From assembly GCA_051294905.1 (NCBI GenBank), contig CM119381.1, forward strand, positions 11,904,001-11,968,000: a stretch of DNA of 64,000 bases. The letters run 5' to 3'. The notes below the pieces were generated by a model. It made no database searches. It saw nothing but the letters and a program-made list of their open reading frames with translations, and was not told the origin of the DNA. Shown here in pieces: positions 11,701-26,700 of this stretch. Position 1 is the stretch's first letter. Every line of letters starts with the position of its first letter. The stretch comes from Botryllus schlosseri (taxonomy: Eukaryota). The translations under genes and the position numbers were made by a program.

Positions 11701-14700
11701 GCCTGAAGCAATTGTACATCTGTTTGAAACCGCAACGAGTCAGGTCATCTTACGCAGCCATGATTTTCACGTAATAAGGTATGCTTCTTTCACGTCAATT
11801 TGAAACATCTTCTACGTGCTAATCTTCGATATAAGGACTTTCATAGAATAGTATGACCAACAACAAGTCATAGAAGATAACTGTAATCGGTTATATGACG
11901 TCTAGAACGGAAGATACAATGGTTTATATTTCAGGCGGTCATTCACGCGAACATCATTACAAATTCAATTTTGCGGGAAACATTTTTGCGTGTTCAATCT
12001 GCATTTCAAGCAGGATATACATTGCAACATTAGGTTATACATGGTCTGATGCATTCGTATTTATAAGAGCTATACATACAAACCAATTGCAATCGTTTAT
12101 GACCAGTACAGGTCTAGCTATCTTGGATTAAATGTTGAACTCCTCTGCGTTAAACAGTCGCGGTCTAGTATACTAGACCGCCGGTCGCAAAGGGTTAAAC
12201 CATAAATTTTATGTCAAAGACCAATAAGCAACAAATATGATACATTTGATGAGCTCCTTGGAGGTACGGACCGTAATATACAATTAAAAAGTATATTCAT
12301 ATTGAAATGAAACCGACTATTTTCGGCTGACATTCGCCGAAAATATTCGGGTTCATTTCAATGTGAAGATATCTTTCAAATACCATACAATTAAAAATAT
12401 GATCAAAATATCTAAATTTTTATATTAAAAAATTGTAAGTTGATAAAATTGTGGTCTACCTCCCAGATAAGCAATAATAACCAGCTTTGCATCTTCGATA
12501 TGGCGCGTCGTGTCCGTAAAATGGGCAATACCATCCTGCGTCACAGGCTATCGGTTTTGGGGTGCCAGCCGGACAATAGTAACCTTGAAACAATTTGAAA
12601 TTTCAGTCGTATCGGTGAGTGGTCATCGTCAATTCTGCATACCTGGCTCGCAAATCCCGGCCGTGGATTCCAACAGAGAAGGACAGACGCAATCGTAATA
12701 CCCGCTGCACGAAATGTTACTGGAACGAGTAAATGAATATTTTATTATTACCAATTAACAATCGTTCCTTTACGAGACGCAAGCTTATCACATAAATCAT
12801 CAGCAGCCCGAATGAGAAATTAAACTATTCTGGAATGATATATTCTCTCGAACCACCAGAAATATCACAAAAACCCATGCGTATTTCGATGGTTTCAAGG
12901 CGAAATCGACTTCTGTCTAACAGCTTAGTAATTACTAGTGCTGGGCATAGTGATTAGAGTACTTGAATCTGAGGCAAGTATCGATTTTAATGATTTGAGT
13001 TGGATAGTGAGCATTTATACCCTACATGGAAATAATACCTATTTATTTAAATATAATTACTGTTTCGATGCCGTTTTCACAACTTCCCCAAGTTATTCCA
13101 TTGTATGGTAGAAACATACCAAAATTATTTCTGAACAAGCTGATTTGTAATATTTTATTTGCCTTTTTTATGTAAATTGCAATACTGTACCTGTCAGTAC
13201 TTGGCGTTCCCGGGACAATCGATACGTTGCCGTTGGTGACAGGCTCGGCAGAAGTCGATCCAAGCGTACAGAAATACCCGGCCGTGCAATTACCATCCGG
13301 GATGGTATTAGCTACTCCTTCACAGTACTGGCCCGGTAAACACGGTTCGCAACTTGGGTCCGATTGACCTGGAATTTTGACAGAGAATGAAACCATTCAA
13401 AATTTAACATACAGCTCAAAATTATGATTCCATTACATTGCATTTTTAGCGACAGTAAAGCCAAACCTGTTTTTGAGTTGTAGGAGCCGGCTGGACACGG
13501 ATATTCAAATTCAGATGTTGTCCCAAGCAGGCAGTAGTATCCCGGAGAGCAATCTACTAAATCAACTGTGCCGCCGTCGCAGTACGTACCTTCAATATAT
13601 TCTCATATTGAAAGTTGCAATTGTGATATATCACGAGAAATGCACACCGTAAAAATGCTTCCAGGCGAGTATAATTACAACATCGTACCTCAAATTTGAA
13701 GAAATTTTATAAACAAAGATTACAGACACATAAATATTCAATACACATTCCTCCACTCATAATCAGGTCATTCGAAAGCAAGATCACGAATCCAGATGTA
13801 CCTTGCGGACAAGTCGCGCAGGAAGATTGACCCTCGTTCGCTTGGTGAGTTCCCGGGTCGCAAGGCACAGCCAAACCACCGGGACATTCGCTGCCACGTG
13901 GACACGGACCTCCCGAGCCCTGTCAAAATACATTTAAGAATAAAGAGCTTCTTGGAGGGACAGAATTTCAATATACAATTGAATAGTCTATATAGAATAT
14001 AGAATATATATATATATTGAAATGAATTTACTATTCAATTTACGAATAAATTTTCATGAAACAGGCAATGACGTTGCTATATACACCTTGCTGATTGAAT
14101 CTCCATACATTTACGAATAAATGAAGATAAATGTTAAACAAACCTTGTTGGTGGAATTATCCGGATTACTAACATCAACGCCAATGATACAGTTGAAACC
14201 GGGGTCACATCTGTCAGTCTCATTACTGCTCCCGATTAAACAATAATACCCGGCTGTGCACTGAGTACAGTCAGACTCTTGGGACAGTCCCAGTCTTGGA
14301 TTGAAAGTACCTAAACGTGGAAATTGTAATGAAAAATGCACCTAAATAAATTAACGAATCATTGTTTTCACCAGAAGGACATTTTTGCAGGTTTGAACCA
14401 GTTTGTTCCGGACAGTAGTGACCTGTTGGGCACGGCACTGCCTCGTCACGAGAGTCACACGAATAGCCAGCAGGACAAACATCGCATATTTCGGCCCCAG
14501 TATAGTTGGAGTAATATCCGTCTTCGCATGGAGTAGGCGCTGAAGAATCTTCAGGGCAGTAGTATCCAGGCTGGCAGATGTTTTGCTCGGGATTGTCTGC
14601 CCCGCCGTTGCAATAATACCCAGCAGCACATGGGCCTGAATATGTGAAGTTTCAAAGTTACTAGTGAAAAATAATAAAAATTTAGAGTTCACATACCTGT

Positions 14701-17700
14701 GTAATTGCTCAAGCCGGTGCCTTGACAGAATTTCTTCGGATCACAAGAAATACAATCGCTGAAGTCTGGTTTTTGGAGATTGGGATTGTAAGTGCCTGCG
14801 TAGGGGTTAGCAAACCGTTAGTCTATGAAAGTTCAAATCCTAATCCAGAAGCGATATGTGAGCCAATTATGAAACGGTATCTTGGGTGAGAGATTTAGCC
14901 AAATTTGAGGAAAAAAATGAGGAATTATGAAATACTAATAGCAGTGACAGAAAAAAAACCCAAATTTAAGGCATCAAAATGCGGAATTCAACAAAACACT
15001 CTTATCCGAAATACATTCCATGTTCAGGATTCAAATCATTTCATTTACGTGACCGACAAGAGGCAATAGCGACCAATTTTTGTTGAGAAATGTAAAAAAT
15101 CGCTGAAGCACATACCTGCAGGACACGGTGTTGGAGAACTGCTGTTGAGGGGACAATAATGCCCGCGGTCACATTGGTCGCCAAAAATTCCTCCGATTGG
15201 ATCCGGCTGCGTTGAATTGCCGGAACAGTAAAATCCTAGATAATATCAACACATATGTCAATATGAAGGCCACTGTAAGGTAAAGGATGCATAATGAAAT
15301 TGGATGGTAAATGTTTGAGAGAAAAATCGAAATTGCATCCATTTGAGTCAGAAATAATTCAAGTTCACGTTGCTTGTTAGACGAACTATACTGTTTCGAA
15401 GTATCAAAAGTTGGCCTATATTTTTCCAATAGTTTTCCCCATGTATTCAACGACTTTTCCATACCCGCTTAACATAAACATGTTCACTGCCGTAAAACAA
15501 GATCCTCACTAAAGTCAAATATCTGTTTACCCCCACCTAATAGCATCCCAACTAAGAGATCTATCAACTACTAAGGACCTATCACATTGAATGCATTACC
15601 ACGACATATCCATGAATTGCCGTATAATCGTCTTAAAAATACGTGCTTGATTACCTGTTATCGTCATACTAACAATGTTAGTTACCCTACTGATCTTTTA
15701 ACTTTCTGTATTTTTCTTTTTTCAACAACCATTCGTTACAGCCAGATTGAATAGAGAATATGTAATTATTTGATGAGGGCGTGGTCAGACTAATTGAACC
15801 ATCAGGGTGGTATCCGTCATCCACCATCCTATACCAAATACTGTGCTTCGTGTTTTCTATAGCATCATTGTAGCCGTCTGTTTGTTTTGTATTTTGGTTA
15901 GATAAAAATGAAGACTCTCTCTCTCTCTCTCTCTCTCTGAATCCATTCACATAACAGTCCGAGATCCGATAATATCGCTGGTTATTCTACTGACAAAGAC
16001 TTCTTGTTCAGGTTGGGTGGAGTGCAAAGTGCAGTGTTCTAGAGTAACATTGAAACCCCCAGATTCGTTACTAGTATCTTAAATCTACAACTAAGAACAA
16101 CCAGAAATGCAGGAGGTTTGCGAGGTTTCAAACAATAGCCAAGAACAAGGAAAACTTTCAAGCTGACATCCACAGATGTAATTACCGGGAGTGCATCCAC
16201 CAGACGTGCCACGGAGGCCTGCGCTTTCGCAATACTGTCCAGGGTCGCAGCCCCGGCACTCGTCGACCGAGCCAAGTTTAGCGGCGTCCCCATAACTTCC
16301 TTCGGGGCATGGAGTCGGCTCATACGATCCTGCCTCGCAGTAGTAGCCTTGGAAACAACAATGTAGGAATAATGTAAAATGTACTCTCGTTACAAATGAG
16401 CTTTCTTACCTTGCGGACAGTCTTCCTGCATTGGTGAGCTGGATTCTGGCGGACAGTAGTAGCCTGCATAGCATACGTCCACCACTGCTGTTAGATTGGT
16501 CTCATCGCAATAGTATCCTGAATACAGACCAAATAACGGACTTGCACTTGCAAGTATCGGCAAGAGAGGGGTTACATTTTCAACAGAGGTCAAAACTATT
16601 AGCAAGATGGTAGGCTGGGGCTGAAGTTTATTTTAATATATACCAACATAGTGCTTTATTCAATAGGTTGCTTGAACGTAAAACGTTGCACACTAAATTT
16701 GGCTCCTAATAGCCAGTAGTAGTGGCCAAATTCCTATTTTGGTCACATTATGGTTAACAAAGACTTTCCGAGGACATAAATTTCATTTTTGTTCCAATTC
16801 TTTCAAAATTGATTCGCGAGTAAATCAGAAGCTGACCAGCAGCGGCTAAAAATTTTCGGAAACAGGAATATTTTTGTGAATTTCGTTTACTGCTACACAG
16901 TAACGGAACACCAAAATTGCTGATTAGCAGCACACATATAAACTTGAAAATCAACAAATAAACGGTATTTTCTTGACTGAATTAAATATGTGCGATCAAA
17001 TAACCTAGTTTAAACTTTGATCTGTATTTATTATCATTCTGCAACTGTTGATTTTTTTCGGCATTGCGTTACTTTTCAGTCAAAGAGCTATTCTACCTTT
17101 AAAATATAGTCTTGGTGTAGATACTATGTTGGCAGCGTTTGAGCCTTACAATTCTGGTAGTGAACATTCAGTAAACCAATCAGATCAATCAAAACTACTT
17201 CATCAAACACTAATTCTGTAGCTTATAATCAAGTCAACAATAACAATACAAAAAACCAATCAATAAGACTTAACATACATTTCGACAGCATGTAAAGCAT
17301 CAGTTCAATTTCACGAACTAGACATGCAAACCTTTATCGCAAGGAGTACAAGTTTCAGATGTAAGTCCGAGGGCATTGCTATATTTTCCCATTGGGCACG
17401 GATATTCCGACGAGTAATTGGTACCGAGCGGACAGTAAAATCCGGCAGGGCAAATAACTGGTGAGACTACTCCCAAATGCCCGTCATTTCTTGCTTCATT
17501 GTAATCACAGTACGACCCTGAATATGCAATGCAGTGATGAAATGAATATTAACTATAAAATAACTAAGAATTCAAAGGCAATACCAACCTTCGAGACATG
17601 TTAAACAACTGTCCATTCCTGAATTTGGTTGATACGTCCCTGAGTAGCATGGTACGTAATTGGGGCTTTGTGTAGGACACGCCGTTCCGTTTGGACATAG

Positions 17701-20700
17701 TCCTGACGGTGGGGCCACTTCTGTCGAACCAGGCAGGCAGTAATACCCGGCCTGTAATCGAAATTTACAAGTCCCTGAAATCCTTCGCCACCGAAACCAT
17801 TAGGAAGACTTTGAGGTATAAATATGGTTTGCAACAATTGATGTAGCACAGAAGGACTAAAGAAACAACAGAACTGCCATGTCATCACAGCTAAAAATAG
17901 AAATAGAGATGATCAAAGTAGTGCGCGAGAAGGTTCCCATAGTTATAGAAAATAATCCAGGGTGGCTGATGGCAAATTGGCCAGACCAATCTTTGTCACT
18001 CACACAAACGGACTGATGACAATACAAATAGATGCAATCTTACAATATATATTTAGTTACCACGATACGGGGGCTATATCTCAACGGTTTCTAGGACAAT
18101 TGCACTCAAATTGATGCAAGTAGACAGAAAGTACTTATTTACTAATCCCTCTGGTCACAGCCCACTAAAATCTGTATGCATTTTAGGAAATGGATAGCGG
18201 CAACGGTCCATGATACTGGAAGTCTGGCTTGAAATCATTGTCACCGCGACAAGGCAGTTGATATACAAACCTGGCATTGCTCTGTGGGAATCACAGTCTC
18301 CGGAGATGGGCAAGCGAACCCAGCAGTACACAGCATACAGTCGCTGGAGTTATGATTACCCCTTTCAGACGAGTAAAACCCTGAATGTGATTATCAGATA
18401 ACTGCAGCCATAGAAAGATGGCGAATGCAAACTACTGTACCAGCATCGCAGGGAACTGGAGCGGGGCTGGCCTCTGGACAGTAATTTCCTTTGGGGCAAA
18501 TATCTCCGTAGTCTTCTCCTATTGGCGCGATCTCTGTACTGCCGTTTGTGCAGTAATGGCCAGCTTGACATGGTCCGGATACATTGAATAGCTCATCGCT
18601 GTCGCAGTAGCATCCTGACAAACAAAATGAAAATGTTCACTTCTAAAATAAGCAAAATCGTCATATTATGATAACAGCAGATCACCACTAACATATGTAA
18701 TGCATTTGTCTTATATACGGTTTAGCGAGGGCAACATGATAAATTATTGACATTACCTGGGTCACAAACAATTGGAGCAGCAGAGCCTTCCGGACAGTAC
18801 GTTCCCGCCAAACATCTTCCACCGATACCATCTTCTACAGGACATACGCAATTCAAAATGTCCGAACCACTTCCGACAACGACCGGCTTATACATCCACG
18901 ACCCAAGCGAGCAATACCTGTAATATACGGTAGCAAAAGTGTCAATAATAAGAAGAATTATATTTGGAGATATTTAGATGGTAAAAACATGGAGTAAGCC
19001 CAGCTACCACGAAATTTAGGAATCAGATCGTTAAATGAGATTTAATTTTCGCTCAGTCGTAATTAGGGTCTATTAGGGATGCTGATGACTGAAAAAACTC
19101 ATGATAACTTTTGCCTGATTTACTTGAAACCCAAATAAGGACCAATCCTATTAGGGTGGTACTGCAACTCTGACTATATACCGAGTAAGCTCTGTGAAAA
19201 ACTGAAAACAGCGACATGACGCATAGGTGAAAACTCCTGAATTAGGAAGATAAAAATTTGGAACATTTCTATATAAAATTCAAGCCTAACTTAGGAATAC
19301 CACTATACTTTATAAAAGAGGAAGTAGAATAGTATAATCATATTGAAATAAGTCTATTATTTTCGGCTGACACTGGTCAAAGATAATCGTCAGCAGCTAG
19401 TAGAGATTTCAAGAGATCATTAACATCGCCCGTCCTAACACGGAAATGAATTCTACAGAAACCAGCTTGTGAAAATCCGCAGACAATGCCTTACCATCCA
19501 GGCGCACATTTTCCTTTAGGATAGTCCATTCCGCGGTCAGGACAGTACCATCCCGGCCAGCAATATTGACATGATTCAGGTCCAGTCCCGCCTAAATACA
19601 CACACGTCTTACATAAGATACAAAACATCGAGACACAAATCAACTAACCTGTCCCGTTGTTGAAGGTACCGTTAGTGCACGGAGTTGCAAACGATGAGTT
19701 TTCGACGCAGTGGTGGCCGACTGGACATATTTCCGGGTTGACCGCGCCTGGTTCGCAAAACGACCCAGCCGGACAAAGGTTGCATTCTTTCATCGTGGCA
19801 TTTGGTGCATAGCTACCACCATCACAGGCGTAACTGCGACTGCTGCCAGCAGGGCAGTATGAACCAGGCGGACATGGTCCTCCGGTAGCAGTAGCCTGAA
19901 AACGAAAATTTACAAGGATTCGCTACAAACTTACATTGTTACCCATACAGCATGAGAAACTTCACCTGACACTTACACCTAATGTATATTATCAAGGTTG
20001 CCATATCGTCCCTTTTTGTCAGATTTCTCATTTTGAAGGGTAATGTGTAATAAAACTATGTTGTCTTTATTTCACAAATTTGTTCTTACTTTTACATTGA
20101 GTCCTTATTTTGTATATATTTTCGGCAAGTTTGTCTTAATTTTCTGCAATTAGGTCGTGAGTACCCCCATTTTTAGCCATCAGCACACCACAAAGGCCGT
20201 GAACAGGTTACTTTCTTTCTTATTCAATACTTCACTAATTTCGAGGTTAGTTTGGCTATCCTTATTTTTTCATTCACTTGGATGGCACCCCTTGTATTCC
20301 ACTAAAAATACCTTATTGCTGAATAGTGTATTCAACTCTATATTAAAGTTCTGTACTTGCAGAAAGCTCTTCAAATATCAGGAGCAAAACTTTCTGCGTT
20401 TGAAATACAAACTTTGATTTTGGTGTTAAAGGCAGACATCATAAAGTTAACGAAACCAGAAGAATGCTAATTGACTGATTAAAAACCGGTAATAGTGGCA
20501 GACTGCTTCGCTGGATTAAAACTTTCACCAGATGATTAGGGGTTATCCTAATCCAAAGTCTCATACAACTTTATGTGACATGATTACCAGTTTTAACCAG
20601 ACGATTAGCTTTCTCCTGGATAGGTTAAGTTCATGATCTTCGCCTAAATTATCTATGACATCACAACACACACTCTTCTGGAATCCAAAAGTTTGTTCTC

Positions 20701-23700
20701 TCTGTCATGACACGATATGCATATAATTCTACGTTTCTTTGTGTTACTGATCTTGCGTTACTTTCGCATGAACACCTGAACGAAAGGTGCTTCGAAAGTT
20801 CACAGTGCAACGAATAAAATCATTAATTTGTAAGTGAAAGCGACCAAGATCTTGAATTTATCAATATCCTCTTAAATTAGCTAGAAGAAGCAATTGTCAG
20901 GGTAAGAATACCGTGGGCGGCCTCGGGGTGTCCGAGCCTCCGCTGCAATAGAAGCCTTCTTCGCATTCTCCGTTGGGTTCGGACAACGCGCTGTCTTCAC
21001 AAAACATGCCATGTCTGCAAGACACGCAATCGTCTGCTTTGGTTCTCATCGTGACGTTGTTGAAAGTTCCGGAAAGGCATGGTTCCGGTTCGCCGGTACC
21101 TGAAATATTCGATAAAAATTTGAGACATTTAAAGATTCAGAACGAGAAGTAGCTATTTCTTTGTGCGAACAGTACGCAGACTTGTGTGAAATATTGATAG
21201 TTGAAATGAATGGCAACAGCTTTTTTATCATAAACTTAAAACAGGTAAAAGTATGTCGGACTTGGAAAGTACCACGGAAATTGATATTTTACCATTAGGA
21301 CAGTAATATCCCGACGGGCATATACCAGCGTCTCCCACGTTACCACCAGATGGTTGTCTTGAATCCGACCCATTTCGGCAGAAGTAACCCGCGTCACAAG
21401 CACCTGATAATCAAAACGCCACGTAATGATTTGTAGCATCTTCACTGTCTCGTTTAATGACTTACCAGCATACGTTTTCGCAGCTAATTCGGGGCAATAT
21501 TTACCGGGATCGCACAATCTACATTCGTCTTGCGATGTGAGGCCACTCGTATCTCCGTATGTACCTCTCGGGCAAGCTTGGGCTTCACCAAAGCCAGGCG
21601 GGCAGAAATATCCTTGCGGACAAACCTGTTTAGTGGATTGAATCAATAAACTCAACTGTAGAATGCAGTACAGGGAACTGAAATTTTCAAAAGCATCCAA
21701 AACCTACATCAATACTGGTGCCATTACAAAAACTGCCGGCACTGCACTCTGTGCAATTCGATTGCAAGTCCAGGTTTGTGAAATAGCCAAGCGGGCAAGG
21801 TAACGGATCTGGCGAGCCTTCCGGGCATTGATATCCGGCAGGACATGGAAATGCTGCGAACAGAACAAAGAAGACACTTTACCCGATGATATATGTGTTA
21901 ACAATATGTGATGACGAAAAGTACATATCTTGTAGTATAGAAAGTCATTTCAGGTTTATGTTAGATACAATACAAGACAGTGAGAGACGAAATTTGGGAT
22001 CGATACCTTTATTAGGAACGATAAATCTGAACTTGCGTGATGATTTAGTAATCCCTATTCCTACATGCCAAGTCATTTACAGTACCTGTTGAAGAATTAG
22101 ATCCTTCAGGGCAATAATAGCCTGCAGTGCAATTCCCAGTTGGTTCAATACGGCCCGGAGTATCGCAGTACATACCGCCAGTACAATCGGCGCAGTACCC
22201 CACATTTTCAGCCCCTCAAGAAAAGAATATCTATCAAATTTGAGCCGTTCACTTTTAATAATCGGCACTGGAAAAGTCTACGCATCGATGAATATTTCCA
22301 CCAGGATGTAGCGGTAAAAATAGTACAAGAACGACAGCGAATATAGTCACACCTTCTCCTGGAAAGAATGTTCCTGCAGGGCAAAGGTCTGGCGTTGTGG
22401 TGCCTGTTTCACAATATTTCCCTGGAGGACATATGTCGCCTGTAACGCCATCTCTTGGATTTGGAATTACGGCACCCAGGGTGCAATAGGACCTGAAGCA
22501 ATAAATACAATGTCAAAATTTACAAAACTAGTCACAAATTTTTTAAATCTGATTCTTGTTGCAGCGATGGACTCGTTGATTGATAGCAAGTATGATTCAT
22601 GGATAACTTCATCTAATCGCAGCAAGTTTGTATAGACTTTCTTCCATCTATCTTCACAATGACTCTTAATTGACATGTGCTTTTCATGCACTGACGAAAT
22701 AGTTTAAAGAAATGCTTATCCTCGATATACTCTTTATCCACGACAAATATGTACAGAGCCTTTTAGGAATGTAGCGATTCGTTGTAAGGGTCATGGTGGC
22801 ATTACTCAAACATATAAAATTCCTAATCATCAAAATCAAGTAAATGCAATTGCTTTTAGCATGGGCTACAAAATGGTATTGAATGTTTCGTTTGTGAAAT
22901 AAGACTTGAAATGACGCCAGGTTCACTATGATTTCCTGCATTTCATTTATCTGTGTTAGAGTCAAAGATTATGAAATTAAATATTCAATCTTTATTATAA
23001 CAGAAAGAGTTCCTTTACATTCTTAAAATATCTCAATGATATATATTGATATGTGTTCGTCCAACATTTTTCCATGCAGTATATAATTGGATTCTTACAT
23101 GGTTTCTGTGTTATGCCTACCGCATAGTTACGGTACAGCTGAATCCATTTAGAGTTCTTTTTGAAATTACTTTGGCAAATTGGTTTTCATATGAATCTCT
23201 TCTTCATATGTTTGTTATCGTGCCGCTATCTCTTGATAAGGGGCACACAGAATGTCTTTGAATGAAATATATTATAGCGCAATGAATGTAGTCCTAAAAT
23301 CAATATTCAACTTCACCGTCAGCCCATATATGAATAAGTTACAAGAGAACTTTTGTTAAAACACAGCTCCCCAGCACCACAATGCTGTATAATGGTTAAA
23401 CGACCTTGCTCGTAATGTCGATACTAATAAAATATACATACATACCCAGCTTCACAGGGTGCACGGGGTTGGTCAAGTCCAGATGTATCACAGTAGCTAC
23501 CGCCGGTGCAGTTAGTGCATTGACTTGCGCTGATCAGCCCTGGTTGTGACCCATACGTCCCTTCAGGACATCCATACTGATCAAAACGGGCTGTCCCAGG
23601 TGGACAGTAATAACCTTGTACACATTCAACAGGCGCTGGCACCCCACTTTCAATCCCTCCGGATATCGATTGGCAGTAATATCCTTCTGGACAAGGTTCG

Positions 23701-26700
23701 CAGTAGCTCTATAAATAAAGCGTTTTCGTTGGTATGTCTCCAAGTAGTTGATGTCTTTGCACGATGAGCGGTAGGCAGAACATATTTTGACTTGTGTACA
23801 ATAAAAGGACTGGGAACAGCAAGCTTACTGCAGGGCTAGGGTGTCTATTGGATTTTTACGAGACTAAGTCTCTCCTCTCACAAGACCACATACTCAGTCA
23901 ATGTCGTGACCAAAAATGTCAGAAAATCCAAGTCTGGAAGTGAAGGCTTCTTGCTGTTAAACTACGAGTTGTGTGCAGGGCAAAATATAACAGCTTGTGA
24001 TTTGAGTCCGAGTCGAGTCGAGAATCGCACACAACCACTCACCTTCTGGGTCAAATTCTGATATGTGCCGTTGGCGCAGGGACGTGGTTCGGGATCGCCA
24101 CCCAGGCAATAGAACCCTCGCGGACAAGCAAAATCAACAGGCGAACTGGTGTTCTGACCAGGAGGACAGTAAAACCCTGGGTCACACTGGCCTGTTTCAT
24201 TAGCAGACCCGGCATAGCAGAAATACCCTTAAAAATACAGAAGTTGAATAGTAGTGTTTAGTTGTATTAAGCTAATCATGTACTTGTACACTTTAGAATT
24301 ACACATTTTATTAATTCAAACGTTATCCGCTCATTGCCACTGCATGCAAACTCATAGCAAATCGGTACAACGAAATCTGTTGGCCACACCTGAGACATGC
24401 GTGACGGTATGAGCCAATACCATACAAAATCATCGCCGAGTATACGGAATATCTATAGAAATTTATTCTTGATTGTGTTTCCGCGATTCACAATACCAGT
24501 GTGGCTTTAATTGCCAAAAATTTCATTTTTTAGTTGAGATTGGTGCCTACCCTTCCAACCCTGGAGTTGTGGGGGTAAATTTGTCATTAGGTATTAACAA
24601 AACTTTTATGCCCAGCAATATATTACAAGTACAGACATGCTTCGGTATGTCGTGAAGGGTTCGTATGCACAGAAGAGATAGAGAGATAATATTGACTATC
24701 AGGGAACTGATTATTTTGATGTTTCATATTTTTAGGTGGTACCGAACGGACACTCGTTGCAATATCCATCACGTCGACTGCATTATCGTTTATCGCACAA
24801 GAGACCGGGTAACATAAAATCTTACCGGCGGTGCACGGGTCACAGTCATCCTCCATCTTATTGTACCGACTTCCACTGTACGACCCAGATGGACAGGGTG
24901 TAGGAACATCTGTGCCGTTCTCACAATAATACCCAGCTCTGTCAATGAAAGTATCATATTTAGGAGGACTAATGAGATATTCAATATGTATTGTGTAATC
25001 CAAACGATTGTGACAACACTATTAGCACTGTAACATCAAAATTTGATAAAGATGGAGATTTGTTCATTATTAAATTCCGCAGAATGCTCATTAGGGTTGT
25101 TGAAAAACAACTTCTTTTCCTGGTTCTGGGGATTCACTTATTTGTTAGGTTGCCTATAAAAACGCTGCACATTAAATTTGGCTCGATTCCAATTGGTAGA
25201 TGTGAACGCACAGGAGTGTAAAAATTTTTAATTTGTTATAAAAAAAAATTGATTTTTTATTTCAAAATTTACTGTCAACCCCATGAAATTGTGGAGTTGT
25301 CAATAATAACGATGCAAAACAAATTTGACGCAATTCCAACCCGTAAAAGCAAAGTTATTTGAGTTTTTCATTAACAATTCTGGGATTACCCACCGCCCAG
25401 ACTATGTTCGCGAATCCAAAATTGTCAACGGCAATGACTTTGCTTCTACCAGTTGGTGAAGTCAAAATTTTAATATTTTTTAAATTTTTTTATAATAAAT
25501 TCAGAATTTTCAACCTCCTGCGCGTTCACATGTCCCTGTTGGAATCGAGTCAAATTTGGTGCTCAGCGCTTTTTTAGGCAACTCAACAATTTAAACAATG
25601 AATCCCCGGAATCCGGAAAAAAAATCATTTTTGAACAACGCTAATTCTCATTCATAATTTATATCAAGACTACCGATCACAGATCAGAGTCATTTTCATA
25701 ACTTACGGGCAAGCATCTCCTGTAACACCATCAGTTGGCATGTCGCTAGAACTGGCGCCAGAACAGTAATATCCGGCCGCACATTGCCCACTCGTATCCG
25801 CACCAAGTTCGTCGGTTTCACAGAATTCACCTGGATAGTGTGGCAGATTGTAAACGTACTTACGGTATTCAGGAGAATAATCTCTGTACTGTACTCATTC
25901 TAATATATCGAAGTGGTACCTCCAATCCATAGTCATTCCACAGTAAATTAATCGTCGATACAAAAAACGTACAACAACACACAGTATATTTAACTGAAAA
26001 ATATATACAGACACTATTGATAAAACGAGTGCAAAAGAGTAAACATTTCAACCTCTGTATAGCGTTCATCGTTAAACGAAATTTCCATGTAAGTTAAGAA
26101 TACATAGATTGCAGTCCAACAATACTCACCAGGTGGACATGGCAATGGTGCTGATGACCCTTCGGGACAGTGATATCCTGCTGTACAGCGACCTCCAGTC
26201 GATGTAAGCGAATCGTTAACGGGACAAAGACAGCTGGTTTCATTTGCCCCTGAATTTTCAACCATGCAAGAAGTTATGAAAGAAACACAACCAAAACCGA
26301 CAAGCTAAACAAATTAATAGCATAGTAGATTGATTATTATATTTTGACATTTTAAAAATCAGATTCAAAAGCATCCAGTAGAAAGTAGTATGTCACAGAT
26401 CTTGATCATCAGAAGTACAAGATATTGTTTACAAGGCATAACTTAAGTGCTGGGTCTTCTACCCTGTGCATTACAGCTCTGATACACAATATCAAAAGTA
26501 GAATATTAACGATATACCTATTATCACAGTGCTTGAAGATGTCGGATCAGATGGCTTGTTGGAATAGGCACACGATGTACAATACCATCCTGCGGCGCAC
26601 GGAGCACCAGTTGTGCTTCTGCCTTCTCCGTCACAATAGAAACCTACAATTGGAAACGGCGTTAGCGATCCACCCTTACATGAAAAAAATTACGTCTTGG

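Noticed and set aside
11597-12131. Transposase ORFs inside the piggyBac-like element
   Set aside because: Short ORFs with no DDD or Cys-rich piggyBac motifs.
15687-15950. 87-aa ORF with an RERERE tract
   Set aside because: It runs through the (CT)12 microsatellite, has no recognisable domain and does not fit the host exon chain.
19993-20294. hAT MITE with CAAGG..TGCCA termini
   Set aside because: The termini are suggestive, but the flanks (tatattat versus tattccac) do not form a TSD, so boundaries are unsupported.
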